The notes under the pieces: model-generated
What the model saw: the letters and a program-made list of their open reading frames with translations, nothing else
The model's database searches: none
Told to the model about the DNA's origin: nothing
Source of the DNA: Candidatus Omnitrophota bacterium
GTDB taxonomy: Bacteria > Omnitrophota > Gorgyraeia > Duberdicusellales > 4484-171
Reading direction: 5' to 3'
Length of the DNA stretch: 64,000 bases
NCBI GenBank assembly: GCA_043820815.1
Contig: JBDRDJ010000005.1
Span: forward strand, 172,734-236,733
Shown here: positions 9,732 through 18,680 of the stretch, piece by piece
Position numbering within the stretch: the stretch's first letter is position 1
Layout: every line of letters starts with the position of its first letter
Translations under genes and position numbers: made by a program

Positions 9732-11900
9732 TTATGTCTTTTTATTGGGCAATTCGATAAAAAAAGCCGCTCCTTTCATATATTCTGATTCAAACCAAAT
9801 TCTGCCATCGTGGTTTTCCTCTACCATTCTTTTTACAACGTATAATCCTATTCCTGTTCCGGAAATCTGAGAAGATTTAGTGGTAAAAAAAGGAGCAAAA
9901 ACCTTCTTTTTGTCTTCTTCGAGCATGCCAAGGCCGTTATCGCTTATTTTAATCTGGTAATTATCCTGATTGTAAAACACCTCTAAATGAATCAGGGGTT
10001 TAAAACCTTCTTTATCCTCCTGGGATAAGTGATATTTAACTTTATCTGAAATTGACTCGTAAGCATTGTCGACAATATTATAAAGACACTCCATGATCTG
10101 GCTCTTTATGCCGAAAAGTTTATCGGAATCGGATATTTTATGAACAAGGGGAAACTCGTTAATCTGATGTTTTACTTTGGCAAGATTTATAACGTTTTGT
10201 AATATTTCCTGCAATGAGAATTCAGAAAAAAATGCTGCTTTTTCTTCTACCCGGGCATAGTTAAGAATTCCTTGTATAACCTCGGCTGTCCGTTTAACCT
10301 CCCCTGATATAGACTCTGATAACTTCATGAGATAATCGAGTGTTTTTTTAATTTCCGGATGCTTCTCTATAAGCCCGGGGTTATCTTTATAAAAATCCTC
10401 AATTTCATACTGTTGTTCTCCCGCGGCTACGGAAAAACTATTCAGGCGGTTTCTCATCTGATGAGCCACACCGTCTGCCATGCCCCCGATTGAGGCCAGC
10501 TTCTCGGCCATAAATATTTTTTCCTGGACTTTCTTGGATTCTTCAAGAAAAATACAGTATTCTATAGCCAAAGCAGCCTGGCGCGAAAGGATATCAAATA
10601 CATTTATGTCATCCTGCGTATAAAAACTCCTATCCTTTTTTTCACCCAAAAGCAAAAACCCGAGAAGCTTATGGTCAACAAAAGAAGGAATTACCAAACG
10701 CACGGGCTCATCTAATAATAACTTAAGCAGCGGCTCGATCTCTTCATAAAGCAAGGGGCCTTTCTTTGTATGTAAAATTGTGACAAGAGGGTCGGAGGCC
10801 TTAAAACTATAATTGCGCGGTAAATTACTTTTATTGCGCATAGCCCGAAGGTTATACGAATCCGTATCGGCATTGTAAAGAAAAATTGAGACAAACTCTA
10901 TTTTAACCGCGCGCTTAACTACCATTACAATAAGCTTGAGCAAACGCTCTAAGTTGTGTTCTCTTACCATGCCTTTAGCTGCATCAAGCAGAGTCTTCTG
11001 ATAATGTTTTTGCTGGGCAAGAAGAATGTTTTCCGCTTTATGCTGTAAATATCTAAATATTAAAGGGCCGGCTGTTGCAAAAATAACTGCAACCGACACA
11101 GGTACTATCCAGAAACCAACCCCCAGAACCCGAAACCCGATCCAGAAAGGCACGCCTAAAACTAAGGTGTAAACCGTTAAGAAAATGCCCGCGCGGGTTA
11201 CCGCTACCCTTATGTCCATTAGGCGGTATTTGATAATCGCGTAAGTAAAAAGGAAAATATACAGGGGTATAAAAGGAACCCCCACAGGGTGAAGATTTAT
11301 GCCGCATATAACCGGAAGAAGAGTTGAGCCGCCTGTCAATCCTATAAGGACGGCTAAGAGAAAGTATTTAATTTGATTGCGCTTAAGCCCTGTTGCTTTT
11401 CGCATTGACGAATAAAGCTCCCAAAGGACTAAAGCAGGAGAAACCGTATTTAAGATTAATTGAAAGATATAGGTTGGCCCGGGAACTTCATAAAAGTATG
11501 AGTGCAATTTAATTGTAACGCCGGCTATAAAAAACTTTGTCCCGGTAAAAAGATCTATAAGGTTAAAAACAAAAGGGATTAAAGCAAGAATGAATATGCC
11601 CTGGATAACGGATTTGCGCTCTTTTTCCTTGCCGAGAATAGAAACAATACTGTCATAAAGCTGCGCATACAAATACACCGAACCAATATAGAGAAAATGG
11701 CTCCAGAAAACCGCACTGGCTTTATCCTCGACTACTAGAAGCTTATACCTTCCTACAGCCCAAACCATAACGCCAAGCTGAAGTATTGCCCAGCTGACGT
11801 TTCCTCTTTTCTTGGGCCCTTTGTAAAGTACAAATAATCCTATGGCTAATGCACCAAAGGCAGAAATTAAATAAGTTGCCTTATAAACAAAAAGAAACAT
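9732..11900 (-). CDS. membrane sensor histidine kinase: about 8 N-terminal TM helices, GAF, HisKA-like, HATPase
   Basis: Hydrophobic N-terminal ~290 aa, H-box DGVAHQMRNRLN, and ATPase DNGLGM...GTGIGLYVV. Confidence 0.85.
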   Translation of the reverse strand: MFLFVYKATYLISAFGALAIGLFVLYKGPKKRGNVSWAILQLGVMVWAVGRYKLLVVEDKASAVFWSHFLYIGSVYLYAQLYDSIVSILGKEKERKSVIQGIFILALIPFVFNLIDLFTGTKFFIAGVTIKLHSYFYEVPGPTYIFQLILNTVSPALVLWELYSSMRKATGLKRNQIKYFLLAVLIGLTGGSTLLPVICGINLHPVGVPFIPLYIFLFTYAIIKYRLMDIRVAVTRAGIFLTVYTLVLGVPFWIGFRVLGVGFWIVPVSVAVIFATAGPLIFRYLQHKAENILLAQQKHYQKTLLDAAKGMVREHNLERLLKLIVMVVKRAVKIEFVSIFLYNADTDSYNLRAMRNKSNLPRNYSFKASDPLVTILHTKKGPLLYEEIEPLLKLLLDEPVRLVIPSFVDHKLLGFLLLGEKKDRSFYTQDDINVFDILSRQAALAIEYCIFLEESKKVQEKIFMAEKLASIGGMADGVAHQMRNRLNSFSVAAGEQQYEIEDFYKDNPGLIEKHPEIKKTLDYLMKLSESISGEVKRTAEVIQGILNYARVEEKAAFFSEFSLQEILQNVINLAKVKHQINEFPLVHKISDSDKLFGIKSQIMECLYNIVDNAYESISDKVKYHLSQEDKEGFKPLIHLEVFYNQDNYQIKISDNGLGMLEEDKKKVFAPFFTTKSSQISGTGIGLYVVKRMVEENHDGRIWFESEYMKGAAFFIELPNKKT

Positions 11901-11920
11901 AGTTTATTGAGGTACAATTT

Positions 11921-13093
11921 TTACGAGAGGTTTTTTAAATAATGGCGCAAGCTGAACAGTTTAGCTCTTTTACGGGTAAATTCCCTGATATTTTGCTTCT
12001 TCGGATAAGAATGATAAGTTCCAATTCCTATATCCTGCTGGGATACTTTCTCAAGGACATCATATTCAATTTTCCTTATAGCCTTAATAATGAGCTCTGC
12101 GCCGATATTAAGCAGCCGGCAGTTTAATGATAAAACTGAATCTCCCGCCCTTACTTTGGCTTCTTGCTGATGCACGATATCGCCTTCATCAAGTTTTTCA
12201 TTCATAAAATGGACAGTAACACCAACCCTGTCTTTACCTTGTTTTAAAGCCCAAAATGTCGGGAACGGCCCCCTGAATTCGGGAAGGAGCGCATAATGAA
12301 GGTTAATTGCACCGTATTTAGGTATTTCAAGCATGGGATTTCTCACCCTCTGGTCAAAGTGACAGGAGATAATCAACTCTGGCTCAATATTTTTCATACG
12401 TTTAAGAACCCGCTCGCTGTTGATGGCATCGGTTTCAATCACCGGTATCACATATTGTTTTGCAATTTCTTCTATTGTATAAACCCCTGAAGCCCTCCTG
12501 AACAGATGAACCGAAAACCATCTTAAAAGACGGATAAAGAAATTATGAAGAATTACATAGAAAGAAGAATAAACAACAAACAAAAGCCCCGAATCTTTAA
12601 GGTTATTAAGAGTCTGCTTTACCATTGACCCCCTGCGTTTACTGAAGCGTTCTGACAAACATATAAGAGAAATTTTATCGCTGAACTCCTTTATTATTTT
12701 TCTAAGCGCAATATTTGAATACAGGCTGTCAAGAGTTAAGATTACAATTCTGTTTATTTTCTTAAGGCTTAAGAATGAGTCAATCCTATCAAACCAATCC
12801 TGGCTGATTTTGGTAAATTCAAAACCCGCCTCCCAGCGACAATTTTTATCTTTATCGCGGGGCGCCACATTGACCCACACCACTTTCGCTTCATTGTAAA
12901 AAGGCTTACTTGAAAACATAAAACCAAGGTTAACGGCCTGGCCTATGTTTAAGGGCCCGTCTAATTGCGCCATTAAGCCAAACGGGTTTAAATCTATAAT
13001 TTCAGCTTTTATGCTTTGATTATTTGATTTTAGGTCTAACCCGATACGGATTCTCCTGCGGGGAAATGATCGCTTATCAAAAATATGCTTCAT
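11921..13093 (-). CDS. PilZ-like domain fused to a formyltransferase-family catalytic domain
   Basis: N-terminus has RRRIR (RxxxR) and DLNPFG (D-x-N-x-x-G; canonical is D/NxSxxG). The C-terminal half has AINLHYALLPEFRGP and LDEGDIV, matching the N/H/D catalytic triad pattern of Fmt/PurN-type formyltransferases. A hydrophobic insert reads LLFVVYSSFYVILHNFFIRLLRWF. Confidence 0.65.
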   Translation of the reverse strand: MKHIFDKRSFPRRRIRIGLDLKSNNQSIKAEIIDLNPFGLMAQLDGPLNIGQAVNLGFMFSSKPFYNEAKVVWVNVAPRDKDKNCRWEAGFEFTKISQDWFDRIDSFLSLKKINRIVILTLDSLYSNIALRKIIKEFSDKISLICLSERFSKRRGSMVKQTLNNLKDSGLLFVVYSSFYVILHNFFIRLLRWFSVHLFRRASGVYTIEEIAKQYVIPVIETDAINSERVLKRMKNIEPELIISCHFDQRVRNPMLEIPKYGAINLHYALLPEFRGPFPTFWALKQGKDRVGVTVHFMNEKLDEGDIVHQQEAKVRAGDSVLSLNCRLLNIGAELIIKAIRKIEYDVLEKVSQQDIGIGTYHSYPKKQNIREFTRKRAKLFSLRHYLKNLS

Positions 13094-14292
13094 GATTTAG
13101 TTATATTTAATTTGTTATCTATCTTTTCCATGACATCGAGCAGCGATTTAATCTGAGCCTCGGTATGTAAACTCATAACCGTAAACCTTATCCTGGCTTT
13201 TTTCTTTTCAACAGCCGGCCACCTGACGCAGGGAGCAAAATATCCTTCCTGAAAAAGCAAGCCAGCGGCTTTTATCGCTTTTGCTTCATCTTTTATCAAA
13301 ACAGGTATTATCTGAGACTGGCTGGTTAAAATATCAAAGCCTCGAGATTTAAATCCTTCACGAAGCATCCTCGCGTTTTCAAGAAGAATTTTACGCGGGG
13401 AGCTGTTATTCTTTATTTCCTCTAAAGCGGCTAAAATAGCCGCTATTAAAACAGGCGACGAGGCGGTTGCAAAAACATAAGAGCGGGCCCCGATACGTAA
13501 ATATTTAATAAGCTCTTTTTTTCCGGCTATGTAGCCTCCCAGCACACCGATTGCCTTGCTGAAAGTTCCCATTTTAATATCGATATCGTTGTCTAAACCA
13601 AAATGCTCTGCGGTTCCGCTTCCGGTCTTGCCAAGAATTCCCGTTGCATGCGCATCATCAACCATAGTTAAGGCCTTATACTTTTTGGCAAACCCGGCAA
13701 TAACATCCAAGGGAGCAATATCTCCGTCCATGCTGAAAATTCCGTCGGTCACGATCAATTTCCTGGTTCTACTGTATTTTTTAAGTTTTTTCTCAAGATC
13801 CCTCATATCGCAATGGCCGTAAACCACAACTTTTGCTTTGCTCAACTTACAACCGTCTATAATACTTGCATGGTTAAATTCATCGCTAAAAATTACAGTC
13901 TTTTCTTTTGCCCGCGGCAGAAAAGCGATATTATTCAAATTCGCAACCGCAGAAATAGTCCCCACATTCGCCATATAACCGGCAGTGAAAACCATTGCAT
14001 CATCGGATTTTTTAAATTCAGCCACCTTTCTTTCAAGCTTTTCAAATATGGCAAGGTTGCCCGAAAGAAGTCGGGAACCGCTTGAACCTACGCCATACTC
14101 TTTTGCAGCCTTGATTGCCGCTTTAACGAGCAAATCCGATGAGGCTAAACCCAAATAATTATTGGAACAAAAAGAAATAACTTTTTTACCGTTAATTATC
14201 TGAACCGGCACCGGGGGGCTGGATACAGTCTTTATATCCGGATATAAACCATAATCCTCCCAGAGGCTAAGAATTTTCTTAATACTATCCAT
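13090..14292 (-). CDS. PLP-dependent alpha-oxoamine synthase family (BioF/Kbl/SPT/CqsA class); substrate unknown
   Basis: NNYLGL, NHASIIDG, DDAHATG and the GTFSKAIG PLP-lysine motif; 400 aa. Confidence 0.85.
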   Translation of the reverse strand: MDSIKKILSLWEDYGLYPDIKTVSSPPVPVQIINGKKVISFCSNNYLGLASSDLLVKAAIKAAKEYGVGSSGSRLLSGNLAIFEKLERKVAEFKKSDDAMVFTAGYMANVGTISAVANLNNIAFLPRAKEKTVIFSDEFNHASIIDGCKLSKAKVVVYGHCDMRDLEKKLKKYSRTRKLIVTDGIFSMDGDIAPLDVIAGFAKKYKALTMVDDAHATGILGKTGSGTAEHFGLDNDIDIKMGTFSKAIGVLGGYIAGKKELIKYLRIGARSYVFATASSPVLIAAILAALEEIKNNSSPRKILLENARMLREGFKSRGFDILTSQSQIIPVLIKDEAKAIKAAGLLFQEGYFAPCVRWPAVEKKKARIRFTVMSLHTEAQIKSLLDVMEKIDNKLNITKS

Positions 14293-14308
14293 GTGTTTAT
14301 ATATTAAG

Positions 14309-15400
14309 TCAATATAGCTGATTTACTGATATAAAACCCTTGCGTTTAAGGCTGTTTTTTATCGTTTGTATTTTATCTAAACTTATAACCTCCTCATGGG
14401 AGGTTAACGGCCCGATCCGAAATCCGTGCTTTAACGCGGCCTGAAATATAGATATAGCTTTTTGCGAAAAAAGGTCTTTTCCTAAAGTGTAAGGCTCAAA
14501 GCGGCCTTCAAAGGCAAGTGTAATTGCCTCAGACATACAAGGATAACATAACCCCTCATCAAGCCCGAAATAACAATTAAATTTAGGTTTTCCCGGAGGT
14601 TCCATGGCAAGGCCGTCAATGAGAAAAATATCTTCTCTCTCTATGGAAATACTGCGCGGGTATGATGCATCAAAAACTATCGCGCCTTTTTTTAAGTACT
14701 CTTCTTTGAAGCTTACCGGATGGCGGTTAGTTGCGTTAATTACAATATCCATATCTTTAAGAATATACTTGGGATCTGTTGATGTAATTACTGCTTTTTT
14801 ATTTGTTTCGGGAGAAAAACGGTCAGAAAGCGAACTTCTTTTATCGGCAGAAGATTGAAAAACATAAACCGTGCTGCAGGAAGAACCCATCTGCCTGACA
14901 ACAACATCGACTGCCGCATTTGCCCCAAAAGCAAAAACCTTAAGGTTCCTGCTGCTTACGCCTAAAACAGCCAATGATTTAAACAAAGCCTCAGGGATTA
15001 CCGCAACAGTCATGTGCAAGCCGTTTGTTACGGGCACACCTACCCTGTCCATGACTTTTTTTCCTTTTTGGCCGACAAAAGCAGCGTATGCAACAAGGCA
15101 AATAAGGCTTGCATGGGAATCTTTAGCAAATTTGGCGGCTTTAACTACCCGGTTAAGAACACGGCGGGGATTTAACAAAAGCATCTGCTCTGTAAGCAAA
15201 GAACACATCACAAAATCACCGTTAAAAACTTCACCGGTAACCTCAGACTTTATCCCTTCAATTACGGCCGCCCTAAACGGAGGCGCTAATTCCAGCAGTC
15301 TTTTGGCAACTTCGATAGGAAGCCTCTTCATGCCTGGCTCATAGCGAAAGAGAAATTTCCTGCTAACCGGATGAAATATTATAGAAACCTTACTTTGCAT
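14309..15400 (-). CDS. acyl-ACP reductase (AAR)-like / shikimate-DH-fold oxidoreductase homolog
   Basis: Collinear by eye with my recollection of cyanobacterial AAR. Examples: PCMSEAITLAFEG against ACFAEAMLLEFEG, and AALKHGF against ASVRHGF. The dinucleotide loop is degenerate: FGANAAVD. Confidence 0.5.
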   Translation of the reverse strand: MQSKVSIIFHPVSRKFLFRYEPGMKRLPIEVAKRLLELAPPFRAAVIEGIKSEVTGEVFNGDFVMCSLLTEQMLLLNPRRVLNRVVKAAKFAKDSHASLICLVAYAAFVGQKGKKVMDRVGVPVTNGLHMTVAVIPEALFKSLAVLGVSSRNLKVFAFGANAAVDVVVRQMGSSCSTVYVFQSSADKRSSLSDRFSPETNKKAVITSTDPKYILKDMDIVINATNRHPVSFKEEYLKKGAIVFDASYPRSISIEREDIFLIDGLAMEPPGKPKFNCYFGLDEGLCYPCMSEAITLAFEGRFEPYTLGKDLFSQKAISIFQAALKHGFRIGPLTSHEEVISLDKIQTIKNSLKRKGFISVNQLY

Positions 15401-15836
15401 TTTTGACAGCCGCCTTCCTAATGCTTTGCATAAAACTTCTAAACATTAACCTGGATTTGCGTTCTAAAACTGGAGATAATGCCTCCTCAAAAGCGGGAAT
15501 TCCCCAGTCAATGACAGCGGAAACCGACAATATGCTTTTTCCTTTTTTTGTCGGCGTAATTTGCCAGCAGCCTTCATACCTATTAAAATCTCCCCGTTCA
15601 AGCTTAAAAGAAATGTTTGCCTTATCAGTATCTAAGATGTCTCTCTGCTGCCACTTAATTCTGATCTTGGCTATTTCTACTTCCCAAGCGGTAACCATTG
15701 TGTTTGCCTCTTTAGTTATGACTTTCAGGCTCTTTAAGTTGGGCGCTTTACTTAAGAGCAAATCCGGCTTTTGCCATATTCTTAAAAGGCGCACAGGAGG
15801 AACATTAATTAATGATTTTAAATTGATTTGATACAT
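15390..15836 (-). CDS. SRPBCC (polyketide cyclase/dehydrase, lipid-binding) family protein
   Basis: 148 aa with a START/Bet v1-like pattern (W..W.....F.LE.GDF....G.W). First gene behind the predicted promoter. Confidence 0.6.
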   Translation of the reverse strand: MYQINLKSLINVPPVRLLRIWQKPDLLLSKAPNLKSLKVITKEANTMVTAWEVEIAKIRIKWQQRDILDTDKANISFKLERGDFNRYEGCWQITPTKKGKSILSVSAVIDWGIPAFEEALSPVLERKSRLMFRSFMQSIRKAAVKNAK

Positions 15837-15866
15837 ATCTTCATAAATTTCATATATATATATAAT

Positions 15867-15894
15867 ATTTTAGCTTATATAAAAGGGGTGTCAA
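15867..15894 (-). promoter_or_regulatory. predicted sigma70-type promoter of the SRPBCC operon
   Basis: Minus strand reads TTGACA (15889-15894), a 16-nt spacer, then TAAAAT (15867-15872). An (AT)n run follows in the short 5' UTR. Confidence 0.45.
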
Positions 15895-15916
15895 GAAGCG
15901 ATTAAGGCGGGTAGAA

Positions 15917-16945
15917 TTAACTGCGGATTAGATTTTCGGCTATTTGAACAGCGTTTAACGCGGCGCCTTTTCTAAGGTTGTCGGAAACACACCAAAGCCA
16001 AAAGGAATTATCCTCATAGGGGTCTCGGCGAAGCCTGCTTACGAAAACACAATCACACCCCTGGCTGTCTAAAGGCAGAGTAAATGAATCTGCGCAGTAG
16101 CTGACCCCTTCGGATTTTCTAAGCGCGCCGGTGAGCTCATCTATATTTGCGTTTTTGCGGGTCCTAAAATAAATTGCCTCCGAATGAGAAGTAAAAACAG
16201 GTACTCTCACACAAGTAGAACTAATTTTTATCGAAGAATCACCGAATATTTTATGTGACTCCTCAACCACCTTAATCTCCTCTGAGGTATAGCCGTTTTC
16301 GTCATATTCGCCTATTTCAGGAATCACATTGAACGCAATCTGGCGGCTGAACCCCAAAGGGGAACAACTCAGGCCGGCTTTACCAAGAGAATAAAAATCT
16401 TTGCCCTTATTTCTATCGATTAAGATTTTTACCTCTTCCCATAATCCCAAAACCGCATTTTTGCCGGCGCCTGAAACAGCCTGAAAACTTGTAAGGATAA
16501 TTTTCTCAAGGCCGAAGGCTTTATAAATACCTCCTAATGCAACAACAGCCTGAATGGTCGTGCAATTAGGATTAGCAATAAGGCCCTTGTGTTTTGATAT
16601 CTTGTCTCTGTTTACTTCCGGAACAATCAACGGCACATTATCATTTAAGCGAAAATCTTTGCCGTTATCAATAACTACTGCGCCTTTTTCAATAAATTCT
16701 TTAGCGTAAAGAAGGCTTGCTCCTTTTTCTCCTTCGGTTCCGGCAAACAGTGCTATATCAACACCGGAAAAATCGCTGCCTTCGATAGCTTCCACTTCGT
16801 AAGAAAAACCTTCCACATCAATTCTTCGCGAAGACCTTGCAAAAACTCTAAGCTTAGAAACCGGGAAACTCCGCTCTCTTAAAATTTTTAAAATCTCAAC
16901 CCCCACTACCCCGACACCGATTACGGCTACGTTATATTTCTTCAT
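15917..16945 (-). CDS. asd: aspartate-semialdehyde dehydrogenase
   Basis: N-terminal VAVIGVGVVG Rossmann loop and the active-site ANPNCTTIQ. Confidence 0.9.
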   Translation of the reverse strand: MKKYNVAVIGVGVVGVEILKILRERSFPVSKLRVFARSSRRIDVEGFSYEVEAIEGSDFSGVDIALFAGTEGEKGASLLYAKEFIEKGAVVIDNGKDFRLNDNVPLIVPEVNRDKISKHKGLIANPNCTTIQAVVALGGIYKAFGLEKIILTSFQAVSGAGKNAVLGLWEEVKILIDRNKGKDFYSLGKAGLSCSPLGFSRQIAFNVIPEIGEYDENGYTSEEIKVVEESHKIFGDSSIKISSTCVRVPVFTSHSEAIYFRTRKNANIDELTGALRKSEGVSYCADSFTLPLDSQGCDCVFVSRLRRDPYEDNSFWLWCVSDNLRKGAALNAVQIAENLIRS

Positions 16946-16962
16946 GTTTTCACTTAATTTTA

Positions 16963-17082
16963 AATCAAAAATTAAATATCAAATATCAAAATGACAATGT
17001 AAAAAACAAAATCTTAAGATTTAAATCTAAACATTTTGAATTTTTATTTGTCATTTTAATATTTACATTTTGATTTTTAATT
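16963..17082. repeat. AT-rich heptad-periodic palindromic element (full copy)
   Basis: Left arm has 7 heptads (16963-17011). The central perfect palindrome is AGATTTAAATCT (17017-17028). Right arm has 7 heptads (17034-17082) that approximate the reverse complement of the left arm. Confidence 0.75.
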
Positions 17083-17088
17083 TAACGC

Positions 17089-18168
17089 TTATAGATACTT
17101 TACAACAAGGTCGCCTGCCTCACTTGTAGAATACCCCATTTTGCCGGCAGAGAGGGCTTTAAGTTTTTCTTTCACAACTTTCTTAACTGACTCCTCAACA
17201 GACTTAGATGCCTTTACTTCGCCAATTTCGTCAAGCAGCATAGATAAAGCGCAAATAGCAGCCATTGGGTTAATCACATTCCTCCCGGTATACTTAGGAG
17301 CGCTTCCGCCAATAGGCTCAAACATTGAGACCCCTTGAGGGTTAAGATTGCCTCCGGCTGCAATGCCCATACCGCCCTGAATCATCGCTCCTAAATCAGT
17401 AATGATGTCACCGAACATATTGTCCGTTACTATTACATCAAACCACTCGGGGTTTTTAACCATCCACATACAAGTTGCATCAACATGGGCGTAATCGGTT
17501 TTAATGCCGTGGTATTCTTTTGCCAACTTGTTGAATGTTCTCTCCCATAAATCAAAAGCAAAAGTTAAAACATTGGTTTTCCCGCATAGTGTTACGGTTT
17601 TCTTTTTGTTTCTTTTTCCGGCAAACTCAAAGGCAAAACGCAAACATCTCTCTACGCCTTTATAAGAATTTATGCTTTCCTGAATAGCAACTTCATTTTC
17701 TGTATTTTTGCGCAAGAAACCTCCTGCGCCGCAATACAGGCCTTCGGTATTTTCCCTGACAACTACAAAATCAATATCTTTCTCGTCTTTATCCCTTAAG
17801 GGGCAGAATCTTTTATCGTAAAGGACAACCGGACGCAGATTTATATACTGGTCGAGCTCAAACCGCAGCCTAAGCAAAATACCCTTCTCAAGTATCCCCG
17901 GCTTAACTCTCGGGTCACCTATTGCTCCAAGATAAATTGCATCAAACGTTTTAAGCTCGCTAACGACCGAATCAGGCATAACTTCCTTTGTTTTTAGATA
18001 TCTTTCTCCTCCGATGTCATACTCATGGGTTTCTACCTTAAAGTTAAATTTAGCCGCCGCCTCATCGAGGACTTTTAGCCCTTCGCATACGACTTCCGGG
18101 CCTGTCCCGTCTCCCGGTATTACTGCTATGCGGTATTTTTTGTTTGTGTTTTCTTTTTTTGAATCCAT
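17089..18168 (-). CDS. leuB: 3-isopropylmalate dehydrogenase
   Basis: [15 protein letters not shown] is an isocitrate/IPM dehydrogenase-family motif. Adjacent to leuCD. Confidence 0.85.
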   Translation of the reverse strand: MDSKKENTNKKYRIAVIPGDGTGPEVVCEGLKVLDEAAAKFNFKVETHEYDIGGERYLKTKEVMPDSVVSELKTFDAIYLGAIGDPRVKPGILEKGILLRLRFELDQYINLRPVVLYDKRFCPLRDKDEKDIDFVVVRENTEGLYCGAGGFLRKNTENEVAIQESINSYKGVERCLRFAFEFAGKRNKKKTVTLCGKTNVLTFAFDLWERTFNKLAKEYHGIKTDYAHVDATCMWMVKNPEWFDVIVTDNMFGDIITDLGAMIQGGMGIAAGGNLNPQGVSMFEPIGGSAPKYTGRNVINPMAAICALSMLLDEIGEVKASKSVEESVKKVVKEKLKALSAGKMGYSTSEAGDLVVKYL

Positions 18169-18632
18169 TTGATTAACCCTCCGGCTTTAACGATTTCCTG
18201 CATAAAAGGCGCAAACGCCTCACAGCTATATTCTTTATGAGAACTACAGTCGATAATTTTCCCCTCTGAAAGATCAACATTAAGCTCTGAACCTTGTCCA
18301 ATTTGATTTACGTTCTTACATATCAATATTGGAAGGCCGACATTTATTGAGTTGCGGTAAAATATCCTGGCGAAACTTTGCGCAATAACCAAAGATATAC
18401 CGCACCCTTTTATGGCTAAAGGAGCATGCTCCCTGCTTGAACCGCAACCGAAATTGTTTCCTGATAAGATAATATCACCGCTTACAACCCGTGATGGAAA
18501 ACTGCTGTCAATGTTTTCCATGCACTTGGATCCTAAGAATTTTTCATCCTGCGAATCTAAGTATTTTGCCGCAATGATATCGTCGGTATTTATATTATCG
18601 CCGAATTTGTGGGCTTTGCCTTTAATAATCAT
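18126..18632 (-). CDS. leuD: 3-isopropylmalate dehydratase small subunit
   Basis: GDNINTDDII and GCGSSREHA motifs. The 3' end overlaps leuB by 43 nt. Confidence 0.85.
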   Translation of the reverse strand: MIIKGKAHKFGDNINTDDIIAAKYLDSQDEKFLGSKCMENIDSSFPSRVVSGDIILSGNNFGCGSSREHAPLAIKGCGISLVIAQSFARIFYRNSINVGLPILICKNVNQIGQGSELNVDLSEGKIIDCSSHKEYSCEAFAPFMQEIVKAGGLIKWIQKKKTQTKNTA

Positions 18633-18647
18633 TTGATTTGTAATTCT

Positions 18648-18674
18648 TAACGGGTAGGGTTCCCCTGCCCCTAC
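18648..18674 (-). repeat. REP-like GTAG-hairpin element, copy 1
   Basis: Plus strand reads taac-GGGTAGGG-ttc-CCCTGCCC-CTAC, so the minus strand starts with GTAG. It begins 7 nt after the leuC stop. Confidence 0.7.
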
Positions 18675-18680
18675 AATATT

